NCBI RefSeq assembly: GCF_037042905.1
Contig: NC_087245.1
Coordinates: 14,756,001 to 14,820,000, forward strand
Direction of reading: 5' to 3'
From: Lytechinus pictus
Lineage: Eukaryota
DNA: 64,000 bases
In this document: piece after piece, positions 1 to 12,067 of the stretch
Layout: each line of letters starts with the position of its first letter
How positions within the stretch are numbered: the first letter of the stretch is position 1
Program-made: the position numbers and the translations under genes
Notes under the pieces: generated by a model
Database searches by the model: none
The model's input: only the letters and a program-made list of their open reading frames with translations
What the model was told of the DNA's origin: nothing

Positions 1-159
1 CCTAAATTTTTTGTTGATAACCTTTTTTTTTTTTTTTTTGCTTGTCAATTTTTTTTTCCTGCGTCTCCCTAAAATTTTTGGTTAATAACCTTTTTTTTTT
101 TTGGCTTGTCAAAAAAATTGTGTGGTCCCCCCTAAAATTGTTGGCTTCCGCCGCCAATG
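1..159. mobile_element. 3' end of a non-autonomous TIR element (MITE) with internal ~70-bp tandem units
   Basis: Repeated CCTAAA(A)TTTTT(G)GTT(G/A)ATAACCTTTTT...GCTTGTCAA units end in GGCTTCCGCCGCCAATG, the same style of GC-rich terminus as other MITEs in the window. The left end lies outside the window. Confidence 0.55.
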
Positions 160-199
160 CTTGCGAGGGCATTCTTCTAATTTTGCGGGAATTTAGATG

Positions 200-312
200 C
201 CCAATGATTTAAAACCGTTATCACTCTCTTCTCCCCAATCTCTGGTAGGAAAAGAAATTGGTCATAAACCGGCCTGCCAAATCCGGAAATGTACGTACAG
301 CTGTTTCATTGG
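200..312 (+). promoter_or_regulatory. Putative TATA-less SDF2 promoter: several CCAAT boxes and an ETS motif
   Basis: CCAAT/ATTGG at about 202, 235, 258 and 308, and CCGGAAAT at 283-290, all 175-285 bp upstream of the ATG at 487 in a CpG-richer stretch. Confidence 0.4.
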
Positions 313-486
313 TCGGATCAAGGGGCTGGTCAATAATACACATGTGTGTATCGGACTGACTCGGTTGCGAACTCACCGCGATCTCCTGACATCTCTCGCC
401 TGACCTGGCCGCCTAGCCTGCACCTGAGCAAGCCAGTACTCTCTGGACTGCAATAGGGGCAATTCGGGTTCCGATATTCGAGAACG

Positions 487-3400
487 ATGGCGCCGTCTTT
501 AACAGATATTCTCCGCAGTGTGCTAACTGTATTTTGTTTGTTTTCAACAGAAAATAGCAGATCATGGACAGAAGCAGGTAATGAGATAGAGAAAGATGAA
601 TAACAATGAATCTGTGAGTGTGAATGTAGGCCTAGCCCTAGGCTAATTTGTAAAAAAAATTGGTGATGCCGATGGATGGCTGGTGTACTGACTGTTGACT
701 TGTTGTCGATGTTGGTGGGCCCTGCTTGGCGTACGTCTTAAGTATGATCATGATGATTTATGAATTGAAGTATGATAGTTTAGTTTACTCCAAGTTCCAA
801 CGATGTTGTAGGACTAAGCCTGTTCATCGATCGAAAGTAGAATGTCTATTGCTGCTCTCCTTCAGACAAAATTAGATGCGCTACTTATGTGGCAGGAGTA
901 GGCCTAGGCCCTAGACAGGAATAACCGTCGTTTCTGGGGATTTATTCAACAATTTCTGACATTTTACTGTAATCCCCATTTACCGACGGTAGGGTGTACG
1001 TGTGGGCTCGCATGTGTTCTCATTCCCTCCCTTTTGTCAATTCACAGTCCAAAGTTTGATGTAATTTTACACATCGAATTTACAATCTAAGGATGTATAA
1101 ACAACAAACTTTTAAAATTTGATATTCCATTAACAAAATACTTTAAACGATATAGATGAAAAAGGCATGAAAAATATACTTTACCGATGTTTAATTGGGT
1201 TGAACACGATAAAAATGGTCAAAATGGCAGCCAAACTATAAAATATTTACAAACGAACGTCAACAATCACGAATGTGATATCGATATTGCTTTCGATATT
1301 ATACGATCTGCTCCATATGCGATCGAAACCGAAGATAAACGATACTAGTTATACTAGTACTAGTACTAGTTATAATCGCGATATATCGATTCGAGACATT
1401 AAGTTAATAACGATAATGACGTCATTCAAGATGGCAACTTGCAAGAAAAACCGTCAGGTCAGGTGAAAATGTCTTAGATGACAGATTTCTCAATCATCCA
1501 GAGGATTTTTTTCAATAACTCCGGCCCAAGGTATGCAATTACTTAAGTTTTTTATATTTCCCTGATAATGGAAACCATGAAACTTTCAATTTTGCTTAAA
1601 AAACAGTTTTAAATCGCGATCTATAAAACGCTAGTTCACTATACGTTGGCTGTAGGTACGGGGCCCCATCCCCTTCAGTCTATGTATGGTGAGTGGAGCC
1701 AACGTAGTTCAGCGGAACAACCAAAATACAGAGACTGAAGCTTTTGGTCTAGAGTAGGCCTAGACAGCTGGCAGCCGTCTGTTTCGAGGAGTTTTTTAAC
1801 ATTTTTTTTTTTTTTAATTTCTCCTCATACACAGACGGCTCGCTAGCGTGCAGCCACCATTAGGGAACTTGCAATGCAAAATCCCCCCGTCGGGGCTCTG
1901 CAATTTTTGTCTTTAATGAGTAAAAATTTTGAAAATTCACGCGACCAAAATGCAAATTAATATTCCCTCTTGGCATCAATTGCCAAAAAACCGAGAAAAA
2001 TCAAGTTAAAAGGAACAAAAACAGTGACTTACCTCGGCTGTCGCGCAAATTCACTTCCCCGTTTTATCCGATCTTAAGTACATAAACATATGGCCATTGA
2101 GTCCCCTGTACAGATCGCGCTAGAACTTTGGTCTCTGTATTTGGTGAGTGAAGCCAACGGAGTTCAGCTGAACAACCAAAATTAACAGAGACCGAAGCTT
2201 TTGGTCTAGAGTAGGCCTATCGTACTCGTACTCGTAGACACTAAGTCTAAGACAGCAAAAAATTCCATGAAAAGACACGAGAATGGAAAATCACTCAAAA
2301 TCATAGGCAATCTTCTCCCAATGCTTATCCAGTCTAGGCCTATTCTTAAATGCAATCACTGAACAAGCAGTAACTACATTTTCTGGGAGACTGTTCCACA
2401 CATCTATCACTCGAGTCTCGGTTAGCAAAGAAAAACTTACGCACATCAAGACGCGAATATCTTTTCTCTAGGCTAGCTTTAAGGAATGACCATGTGTTTT
2501 ACCACCATTTCTCAGACAGAAAAGCTCAGAACTTGTATCATAGTAACCATGCAGATATTTGATTGAATATGAAGTGGCGAATGATATTGCTTGCTAGAAG
2601 TAGAATACATGTACTATCACTACTATGTCTATGTAGATGCTTGGCGATGTCAGGGCTGTCAATATTGCATAATAGGTTGAGTGTGAGACTGATCAGACAC
2701 CCATCATAGGTCAATGATATTTATAATTTAGGCAGGGGTCAAAATGGTTGAGACTTGGTCTTGAGAGACATAAGAAAGGCATACCAACATGGCCAAGGAA
2801 ACAAAATTTTAGAGTAAGAAAGGACCAAAATGAATGAGATGAGAATGAGGCCTTGAGGGTGTGTTCAATGTCGGTTTCTAAATAAAAACTGCAACTTGAA
2901 TCATCAGATCATGATTGCAAACGCTGTCGCTACAAAACACGGATATAACAAAGGGTGTGTTCAACAATGTCCTCCATTCCCTGTTTTAAAAGTAAATGTC
3001 TTTCAAGTCACTAAAGTGACTAAACCCTATTTATATTTGGAAGAAGATTTAACAGTTAGATCTAAATGAAAAAAGATACGATTGGATATGCGATCAGCTC
3101 AGATTTTACGACCTTCAGCATCGTGAATGTGACATTGAGTGATTGAGAGCAAAGTGGCTCAGTCGGTAAAGCATCTGCCTGTCGAACCACGATAGCGAGC
3201 CGTCTGTGTACGAGGAGAAATTTAAAATAAATAAAAAATGTTTAAAAACTCCTCGAAACAGACGGCTGCCAGCTGTCTACATAGACGCGTGCTATGTCAC
3301 ACTTACAGTGGAAAACACTCCGTCCCTTGGATAGGACGTTAAATGGAGGCCCCGTGTAGAGGAGAGTCGCCACCTTTGCACGTTAAGAACCCACTGCACT

Positions 3401-6400
3401 ATTCGTATAAGAGTATTAAAAAGGAAAGTTGATTTTGAACTTTCGCCTTTTTGGACATGTTGGTTGGCGTTGTCTGCTCTCTGAGTGGCAGCTTTAACCT
3501 GAAGCTGATGAAGCCTCCTGGCTATGGCTAGGTGTCACATAATAATCTAACACTTTGCTGAACAGCCTGCAGGTTATGGCTGTCTTTGCTTTTTATGCTA
3601 AATGTCAGTAAAAAGACTGCAAAGAACATGTAACCACTGCCTATTGATACACTCAGTCTTGTGCTAATTCTTTTTTTTTTTTTACAAATGTCCAGTTGCA
3701 ATTTTTCATAACGAAGAACCCGCAGCGAATCCTGGTTGACAAAAAAGCAACAAGAACAAGGGGTGACACAAGAATACTTACATACATTTTTAACCATTTT
3801 TTGCATTTGGTCCCTTGCTCTAGATGCAAGATTTCTGGCATTTATGTTGTAGACGTACATCCGACTTGCACCATACTGTTGATGGGAGTTTAACAAAATT
3901 TCTGAGACAAAGTAGGGGGGGGTAATTTTTTAATATGTCAGTGCCAGTTAACGAGTTCATTGAAAGAGTGATGGTTTGCCCAATATCTCCAAACGTTCGT
4001 TCTTTTGAGCTCTTTTTGAATAGTGTTTTTTTTAAATCTCTCTTTACAGCACAAATGGAATACGAGTATGTGACCTGTGGATCAATAGTAAAGCTTATCA
4101 ACCAAAAATATGGTGCCAGATTACATTCACATGATATACATTATGGTTCTGGAAGTGGTCAACAAGTAAGTATGATAACCTGAAAATTATTTTGGTGACT
4201 GAGGTGGGAATGACATTCTAAATCAATTTCCAAAGTGATCTCTGGATTTAATTTGAAGGACAAGTCCACCCCACTGAAAAGTTGATTTGAATAAGAAGAT
4301 AAAAATATACGAGCATAACACTGACAATTTCTTCAAAATCGCATGTAAAATAAGAAAGTTATGACATTTTAAAGTTTTGCTTAATTTCACAAAACAGTAA
4401 TGTGCACATCTTGGTCGGTATGCAAATGAGACTGAGTGATGACGTCATCCAGTCACTATTTCTTTTGTATTTTATTATATGAAATGTTAAATGTTCTAAT
4501 TTTCTCATTGTCAAGTGAAACAAAGATTAATTCCTCCCTGAACATCTTGAATTAGCATTATTCTAATATGGTTCAGTCAAGTTGGCCTTTAATGTCAAAT
4601 CTGTAAAAAATGAAATATTTTGTAATTCAGACAATTAAAAAAATGAAATAGTGAGGGACATCGTTGACTGTCTCATTTGCATGTCACTGAGTTATGCATA
4701 ACTGTTTTGTTAAAAATAAGAGTAACTTTAAAATGTCAAAAGTTTCTTATTTTACATCAGATTTTGATGAAATTTTCAGCAATATGCTTGTTTTATTTTT
4801 CTCTATTTATTCAAATAAATATTTTTCTGGGATTGACTTGACCTTTAAAGAAGATACATGTACTACATATAGGTTGGACATTCCAGCTTTTGATATTGTT
4901 AAACGTGACAATATTAGCAGACCTGGCGCCTAGTATTTGTTTTTAGGTGCAGTGGTGTTGCTGTCCATCAGACATGTAGTGTCTTAAATTTAAGAAACAA
5001 AATAAAATATGGGACAACAGCACCACATAACAATACATGTATGAATCTACATTTTAAAATATCACATAGTATTATAACTTGATTGATTGAATTTACAAAT
5101 AAAAATAAGTTTTATTTCATAAATTATGATTGTTTAGCATGGGTAGAGAAATCACAAAGTCGATGATAGTATGCATGCCTCATTTATTTTCTATTGTGCA
5201 TCTGAAAACATCACTTTAACACATAACAGAACTGAATAAGTCAGAAGTACAGTTCATCTCATGATTAATTCTTTAAGTAGAATTGTAGAATATAAATCTA
5301 AAAGTGTTATGAACATAGTGCAGCCTGTCTTTAATGGCTTTAATATACTATCTGAAAATTACTTTCCTGTCTTTCATAAATGTTAGCATAGCATGGCTAG
5401 AGGAAGCAAATTTCTTTATGATATCTAATTTTGTTTATTTCCTGAAACAAAATGTCTATTTTATTTTGTTTACATTATATATTTGAAACCATCATTTATA
5501 CACAACAGTACTCAGTCCTGTCACACTATATGTACAGTACAGTTCATCATTAGATTAATTTCAACCACCCGTAGCAAGATTCTTGATTTATGTGGAATAT
5601 AGATTAAAAATATGTTATGAACATAATACAGCCTATGAAGCACTTGAGGCATGTGTATGTTCTATCATTATTTCCTGTTATGAATGGCTTGTCTTATTGA
5701 AAATGAAATGTGTTTGTCAAAATAATTCAATTAGCTGTAAATATGAATTGAATCTACATGTATAAAGGAAACATATCCTCTATTTCCTACATGAAATCAA
5801 TATGAAACGACTTTGCCATAAGCCTAATCAATAGATTGGCTGTATGTGGCATGTATTTTAGTTCTTTATTGAGCCATTAACTGAGCACACAATGTGTAGG
5901 TGAGAGTGTGTTTAATAGGTTAATGATTAATTCCATCATTGTGCAGCTTCAAAGTTAATTAACCATTTAAAAAAAAGAGTTGACCCCCTTGTTGATCTGA
6001 TAATTATTTTCTCGCTGTTTAGTTGTTAAATGTATTTTCCTTTCCCTTGTAGTTGTACAAATATTTACTTGCACATAATTTTGCAGCCTGTAGGTAGCCA
6101 TGATTGCTGTTCTGCTTTTCCACAGATCTAATCTAAATGTTTCTGTCCTATTTTCTTCTTGTAGTCTGTTACAGCTGTCGATTCAACTACTGATCAAAAT
6201 AGTTATTGGCAAATAAAAGGCAAACTTGATAAGAATTGTGTTAGAGGGTAAGTAGTTATGGAGTATTTTCTTTTCAGTTTAACTTTTTAGATTTTTATTG
6301 TGATTTAAACCCTTTTTTAAATTCATGTTCCCTTTTTCTTCAAATTAAAGATATTTATTTCTGCAGTTCACTAGGTTATGATATGAATGACTTGTATGAA

Positions 6401-9400
6401 TGCTGAACTACACGTAGATCTATATTAATCTCATTTGGGTATTTGGGGGGATGGAAACTTAAAACTCTTCCTCTGAGTGTTTCTTATTATTTGGCAATGT
6501 TTTTGTATTAATATCAGTACGTTGAAAGGGTCTACAAATTAGGATTATTTGATGTTGAGAGAAAGAAAAGTGGATGTAGGAGCTTTAAAAAAGCATTGAA
6601 ATTTAGACAAATTTCAAGAAAAAAACAAGGAAATAAATGTAGGAGAAAAGAGATACTAGGCCTGCATGCATCATAGTGTTTAGTGCATAATCTGCACATC
6701 AAGTTCAACCCAGAATATTTTAATTTTCTTTCATTTGGTGTGTTGTAACTTCATTTAAAACCCAAGTGTTATCTTCCGAAATCTACAGACACCTTTTCTT
6801 AACTGTGAAGTTATAGGAAAAAATTTGGAATGTGATGATCAACGCAACAAAATTCAAAGCTTAGACAAAATAGAAAGAGGCTGTTTGGGTTTTCAAGGAT
6901 CAGAAGTTCAATCTTTCAGGGAGAAGTGATTTACCTTAGAATAAGCCTCTTTCCTAGGATAAATTCTGTCTTCCTGTAGTTCTTGGGTCCATGAGTTCAC
7001 TCAGGTCAAATGTCTGCTACATGTCGTTGATATTACCAGTGAGGTTTAGCTTTACATGTATATCGTTAATGACTGTCGGGTATGATGCTCTTAGAGCCCT
7101 TCAATTTTTACCCTGGCTTTAGCATCTATAGCTGCTAATTGATGTACCTTACTTTTGATTTTCAAGGAATAAATTCCTGCCAAGGTCCCCTTTCACCTTG
7201 GTTACGTGTAATAAATGGAGGTCAATCATGCCTTGCCAAAGTGCATGTGAATTCTGTACCTTGTGATCTATGTTCTAGTGACCTACGTGATAGGGCCATG
7301 ATAACAGATATATGGTATGACCAATACCAAATGATAAATATCAAGTGACCTGTACAAACACACTCCTCGATCTCATCTTGGGACAAACACTGTTCATAGG
7401 GTCTGAAGCCTTTGAATGACCCCCCACTGAATAAGGCACAATAGCACCTATGATAATAGGCATTGTCTGGGTTCCTTTGTGTTATCTTGCTCCTATTTTG
7501 GAGGATGGTCACATGTACCTCCATGAGTGTAGTAGACATGAAACCTTTTATGCGCACCTGGACCAGGAGTGTAAACATACATGTAAATGTATGCACACAC
7601 ATGTGAGTGTATGTGCATGTAGATCAGGGATTCACACATGTTATTGATAGGGCGAAATGTACAAGGATAGTGGATAATAGCTCTTTCTGTATTGGCTGTG
7701 TTACATAATACATGTATACATACCAAGAAAAATCTGCTATTATCATCTCTAGGGTTGCATAATATTTGTGATGGGCAAATAGTGATAAGGGATTAAAAGT
7801 CTAGTCTTCATGGTTGTAAAGTCATGTAGGGCCTTTTCACACGTGAATCTTGAATCATCTTTTTTGTAATGATTATTGTAATTGTTAAAGTGATTAGCGT
7901 TCGTTATTCTAATCATGTTCTAGTTTGGTTTCACACGTGCTAAATATTTGATATTAAAGTGATTGGTTAACATTGGTTTGACTTTTAAAAAATCTGAGCT
8001 AGAAGGTCACACTTGTCACCTGTGTCTGTGATATGTTACAAAAATGAAGCCCAGAAAAAATTGCATTCGAAAAAAATTATTTAGTGCTTCAAAAATTGAA
8101 ATATAAAGTGACCGAATCATTCAAATTCTGATTTTTTTTTACCTTGTGAAAGGGCAGTTAGTGAACCTTCTGATCATAGATATGAAGGGGCAGAGAATGT
8201 TTCTCTAAAAAAGTTTGATCTGCTCGATGTTAAAACTAGAAAAGATGGGGGGGGTGGTATAAGAAAAGGTAGACACAGGTAGCACAGTATTGAAAATCTT
8301 AATTGAATGGAAAGGTTACACTGTCACACACATGAAAGCAGAAAAGGGAGACCTAGTCTATCTCAAGTTTTAAATGAGATATGAAGTATTCAATGATAAT
8401 ATTTGGATTCAATTCAAGAAATGGAATTAAAATTCATGATAATTGATTATTTACCATACGAAATTAACCATGTTCCATCTGTGTTTATTTGCTGCACAAT
8501 CAAGAGTCTCCTCCTGTTTTATGTATCTTTATTTCAAAGCAATATGATGTCAAGTTTTTGTTTAAATCATAAATCTGTAGCTATTAAAGCCGTTGCTTTT
8601 CATGTGGAGGTATAGAATATTAACCATATTATCATCCTAACCGTTTCTCCCTCTTTATTGTATCATTGATCAGAGAACCAGTTAAATGTGGAAGCACGAT
8701 ACGACTTCAACACATAGCAACCAAACGCAATCTTCACAGTCATCATTTCCAGTCACCGCTTTCATCAAACCAGGAGGTTAGCTGCTTTGGAGAAAATGGG
8801 AATGGAGATGAAGGTATGCCTAATTAAGACCTCATGAAAAAATCTGAATGAAATTTAAGAAATAGACATAGATGAGTGTTCCAATGATCTTATATTGCAC
8901 ATTTGACGAAAAATAAATGAGGGAGCAAAAGAATTTGAGGAGAAAGAAAGGTAGTATGGTGCCCTATCAGATTTACTCTATAGCTTTATATTAATAACAA
9001 AGATAGCGACAGATATTCCAATACTCGCGATTCCATTGTTTCTTGAAAATGTCATCTACTGATGGCATCTAGCAACCCAAATCTTCCAGGGTCTTAGGTG
9101 GGACCTGGACACTGGCCATAAGGGTTGAGCTGTCCATGCTCGATGTCACTTGCAAATGCTCCCTGATTCTAATTTCCAAAAGTATGCATCTCTCTATAAA
9201 GATGACCGGAGTTTGTGGGAAAAGATAACTATGCCTAAATGACATGTACATGTAGTTGATACTAACAGACATTCAATTTTCATTTGCATGATACCAATTT
9301 GGCAGTGCAATCGAATAGAAAAGAAAACTTGTCCATACCCTTCCAATGTTTGGTTGTTTCATAACCATATTCTGTTTGGAGAACCATGGAGAGATCCATT

Positions 9401-9827
9401 TCTGTTTTGTCTGAATAATTTTATTAAAAATCCATCATGTGCAGAATGAAAGTTCAATTATTTTTTGAATAATCATTAATGTTTTCCAAAACATTGCTTT
9501 ATTATATAAAACTGTTGTCAAAACTCGACATTACAGGGCCTGACCTTTACTTTTTTCTTAGGGAGCCAGCCGGGCTCCTCAAGCACTTTTTTAGGGAGCC
9601 CGCATGGGTTTTAAGGAGCCCAAGTTTATCCCTTTTTTTGGAATAATACTGGTCATTACCTATTAAAATATTAAAGCACACCATCACGATACGTTTTTTG
9701 TTTAATAATCACCAGCACCAGTTGTATTTATTCAGGGTAAATCAGATTTTGACACCCCAACACACTTAGACACCGGTCACAAACACATAAGTCAATGACT
9801 TTTTTTTTTAATTTTTAATGCCCCCCC

Positions 9828-9858
<31 letters not shown>

Positions 9859-12067
9859 AGGAAATAAATTAAATACATAAACAAAATTGATTTTTTTTTC
9901 ATGCTGAATCATGGATGTGGGTTGGTGTGTGTTTGTGTGGGTGTGACTGTGCGGTGGACTTGGATATACATGTATATGTTAAAAAAATTAATTCATCATC
10001 TAATTTCTACTCCAAATATTGTGTTTATATCAGTACAAAAACCACACAGGCTAAGTATGTCACATGTAGGCACATGTTACATGTACATGCATGTACCCTA
10101 ACTTTTCCTGCAGTTCTTTGAAAACGCAGATCTCCACGAAAATTGCATTTTTCTATGGGGGAGTCTAAATTCGGTGAAAAAGTATTCATCAATAACTTAA
10201 ATATATATCACAATGAAGAAACCATCCAACTTTATTGGTAGTTTAAAAAAAAAAACCTGAAATGTAAACTCTATCTGAAACAGAAAATCACCATCATTGA
10301 GGCCTTTACTGACCGAATTGTCCCCCAGAGCTCAGGCAGAGAGAGAGAGCTCCGACTTGCACAAGTGTCAGTGCGTGCGTGAGTAAAATCCGACGGCCTC
10401 CTAAAATCAGATGTTGCCATGTTTGATGATTTACTGTCTGATATTTACCCCCTCCCTTGAAAAAATTAAACAAAAGATTTTTCAGGAATAATTCACTACC
10501 GAGGTAAGTTATTTTGGATGTTAATAGGCGCCCTTTTGACAAGCAGAGCCGAAGTCTACATGACACAGAATCGTGATATCCCTAAGGGAAATGTGTGCAT
10601 TGGAAATTACACACGGCGTAAATGATAATGGACCCCTGTACATGCAACTGTTTCTCGCACCGGTGTAGCCCGATTCTTTTTTCCATAGGTACCATGTGTG
10701 TGGAAAAACGTGGTACAGAAAAAAAGACGCAGCTAAGCAATTTGAAACTCGCTATTTTCGCTATTTTCAAGGTTTTTTATGATTTTGAAAACATAATTTA
10801 GACTTATAAAGCATGGATTAGTGTGCTGGTAAGAAATTGCTTTTTTGGTGGCTGGTACTAGAAAATCTTAGGGAGCCCACCGGGCTTTTTCAATTACTTT
10901 CTAAGGAGCCCGCAGAGGTTTTAGGGAGCCTTTTGCCACCGGGCTCCCGCTAAAATCGAGCCCTGCATTATCACTGATCATAGAGGTAGAACTTGAGAAA
11001 TTGCACCTATATTAGCTTTCTCAGCTACAATGTAAACACAAAAGAGATTTTTTTTTAATGAAAATTATTGATTGATATATGTATTTCTTGTGTATTCATG
11101 TCTTGTAGGTGACAACTGGGCAGTGGTATGTTCTACGTCAAGCTGGAAGAGGAATGAACTAGTTAGATTCAAACATGTAGCCACAGAAATGTAAGTTGTT
11201 GTTTTTTCTACTTATCATAGGGTTCCATTGTAAATAAATTTTATACATACCACCAGAAAAGCTGCAAAAGACTTCAAAGGGTGTGGAGATATTTTTTAAA
11301 ATAAAAATGCTTGTCAGTTTTAATTGAATTTCAGCACTTTTAAGAAACACTGACCTGTAATGCTCAGAACAGTGTGTTTGATTATTGGCATTATGTTTTT
11401 TGGTAGAACTAAATCAGGAAAGATATTCATGTAAAGCATGTGCATTTATTGAGAGGTTTTTCTGGTTTCCCCTCAAATATACTTTACACACACACATGTA
11501 CTTACATTATCATCAAGCCTCTTCAGACAATTTCCTGTGTTACCATTGGAAAAAAATAAATAACCGGACCTACATTCCAAGGAAGCCAATCACAAATTGT
11601 GTGTACTGTCAGAGACTCATGTATTTTTTATTGATAGTCTTGATTCATATATCTTTTTCTACAGCAGTGATACAATTTTCAATCATTTTCAGGCCATATG
11701 TTTCAGCTTTATGTGTACATCTGGGATGATTTTGAGTAGTTTAGGGACTTCAGCTGATGTCAATCAAAGTGGCTGCGGCACTTTGGTTTTCATTTTGGAG
11801 TGCCACCATTTACAAAGGTCATTCTTCTTAGGTGACCTCCAGTGAGCAGCCTATATATACATGTATATACAGCTTAATCTGTATTTTAATACAGAGTTTA
11901 TTCTTCTTTCAATCTCCAGTTATCTCAGTATGTCAGGGCAAGTCTATGGTAGACCCATCCATGGCCAGAAAGAGATATGTGCTTTATCATCACTGAGCAA
12001 TGCCAACCAATGGAAGGTTGGGGAAGGCATCTTTGTCAAGCCATCAGAAAGTTTCAGAGCGAGCTAA
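487..12067 (+). CDS. SDF2: Stromal cell-derived factor 2 / SDF2-like protein (signal peptide + 3 MIR domains), 219 aa
   Basis: Exons 487-577, 4050-4165, 6165-6247, 8674-8813, 11109-11190 and 11920-12067 (660 nt, all GT-AG, phases consistent). Translation MAPSLTDILRSVLTVFCLFS...VTCGSIVKLINQKYGARLHSHDIHYGSGSGQQSVTAVD...NSYWQIKG...PVKCGSTIRLQHIATKRNLHSHHFQSPLSSNQEVSCFG...GDNWAVVC...VRFKHVATE...YGRPIHGQKEIC...WKVGEGIFVKP matches the SDF2/SDF2L1 family along its length. Confidence 0.96.
1676..2219. repeat. Composite repeat in SDF2 intron 1: ~80-bp direct repeats plus inverted termini
   Basis: GGTGAGTG(G/A)AGCCAACG...GAACAACCAAAAT...CAGAGAC(T/C)GAAGCTTTTGGTCTAGAGTAGGCCTA occurs at ~1688-1762 and ~2142-2219. 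ATACAGAGACTGAAG (~1726) is inverted to CTTTGGTCTCTGTAT (ends ~2140). Confidence 0.6.
1761..1845. mobile_element. ~85-bp hairpin mini-element, copy 1 (TA-bounded)
   Basis: GCCGTCTGTTTCGAGGAG...CTCCTCATACACAGACGGC stem; an inverted near-identical copy lies at 3193-3279. Confidence 0.7.
3145..3416 (+). mobile_element. tRNA-derived SINE with a Deu/Nin-like central domain, interrupted by the hairpin mini-element (3193-3279)
   Basis: A-box TGGCTCAGTCGG at 3155-3166. Downstream CTTGGATAGGACGTTAAATGGAGGCCCCGTG...GCACGTTAAGAACCCACTGCACTATTCG resembles the DeuSINE central domain (from recall, not a search). Confidence 0.65.
4257..4844. mobile_element. TTAA-target MITE (T2-MITE/Kolobok-like), ~590 bp
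   Basis: Termini AGGACAAGTCCACCCC ... GGGATTGACTTGACCT flanked by TTGA/TTAA. A lone right end of the same family is at ~27541-27560. Confidence 0.75.
9534..10965. mobile_element. 1.43-kb non-autonomous DNA transposon (hAT-like termini, 5-bp TSD CATTA)
   Basis: TIR CAGGGCCTGA / TCGAGCCCTG (8/10 match); CATTA directly flanks both ends; clustered TA(G/A)GGAGCC subterminal motifs at both ends; no transposase ORF. Confidence 0.75.
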
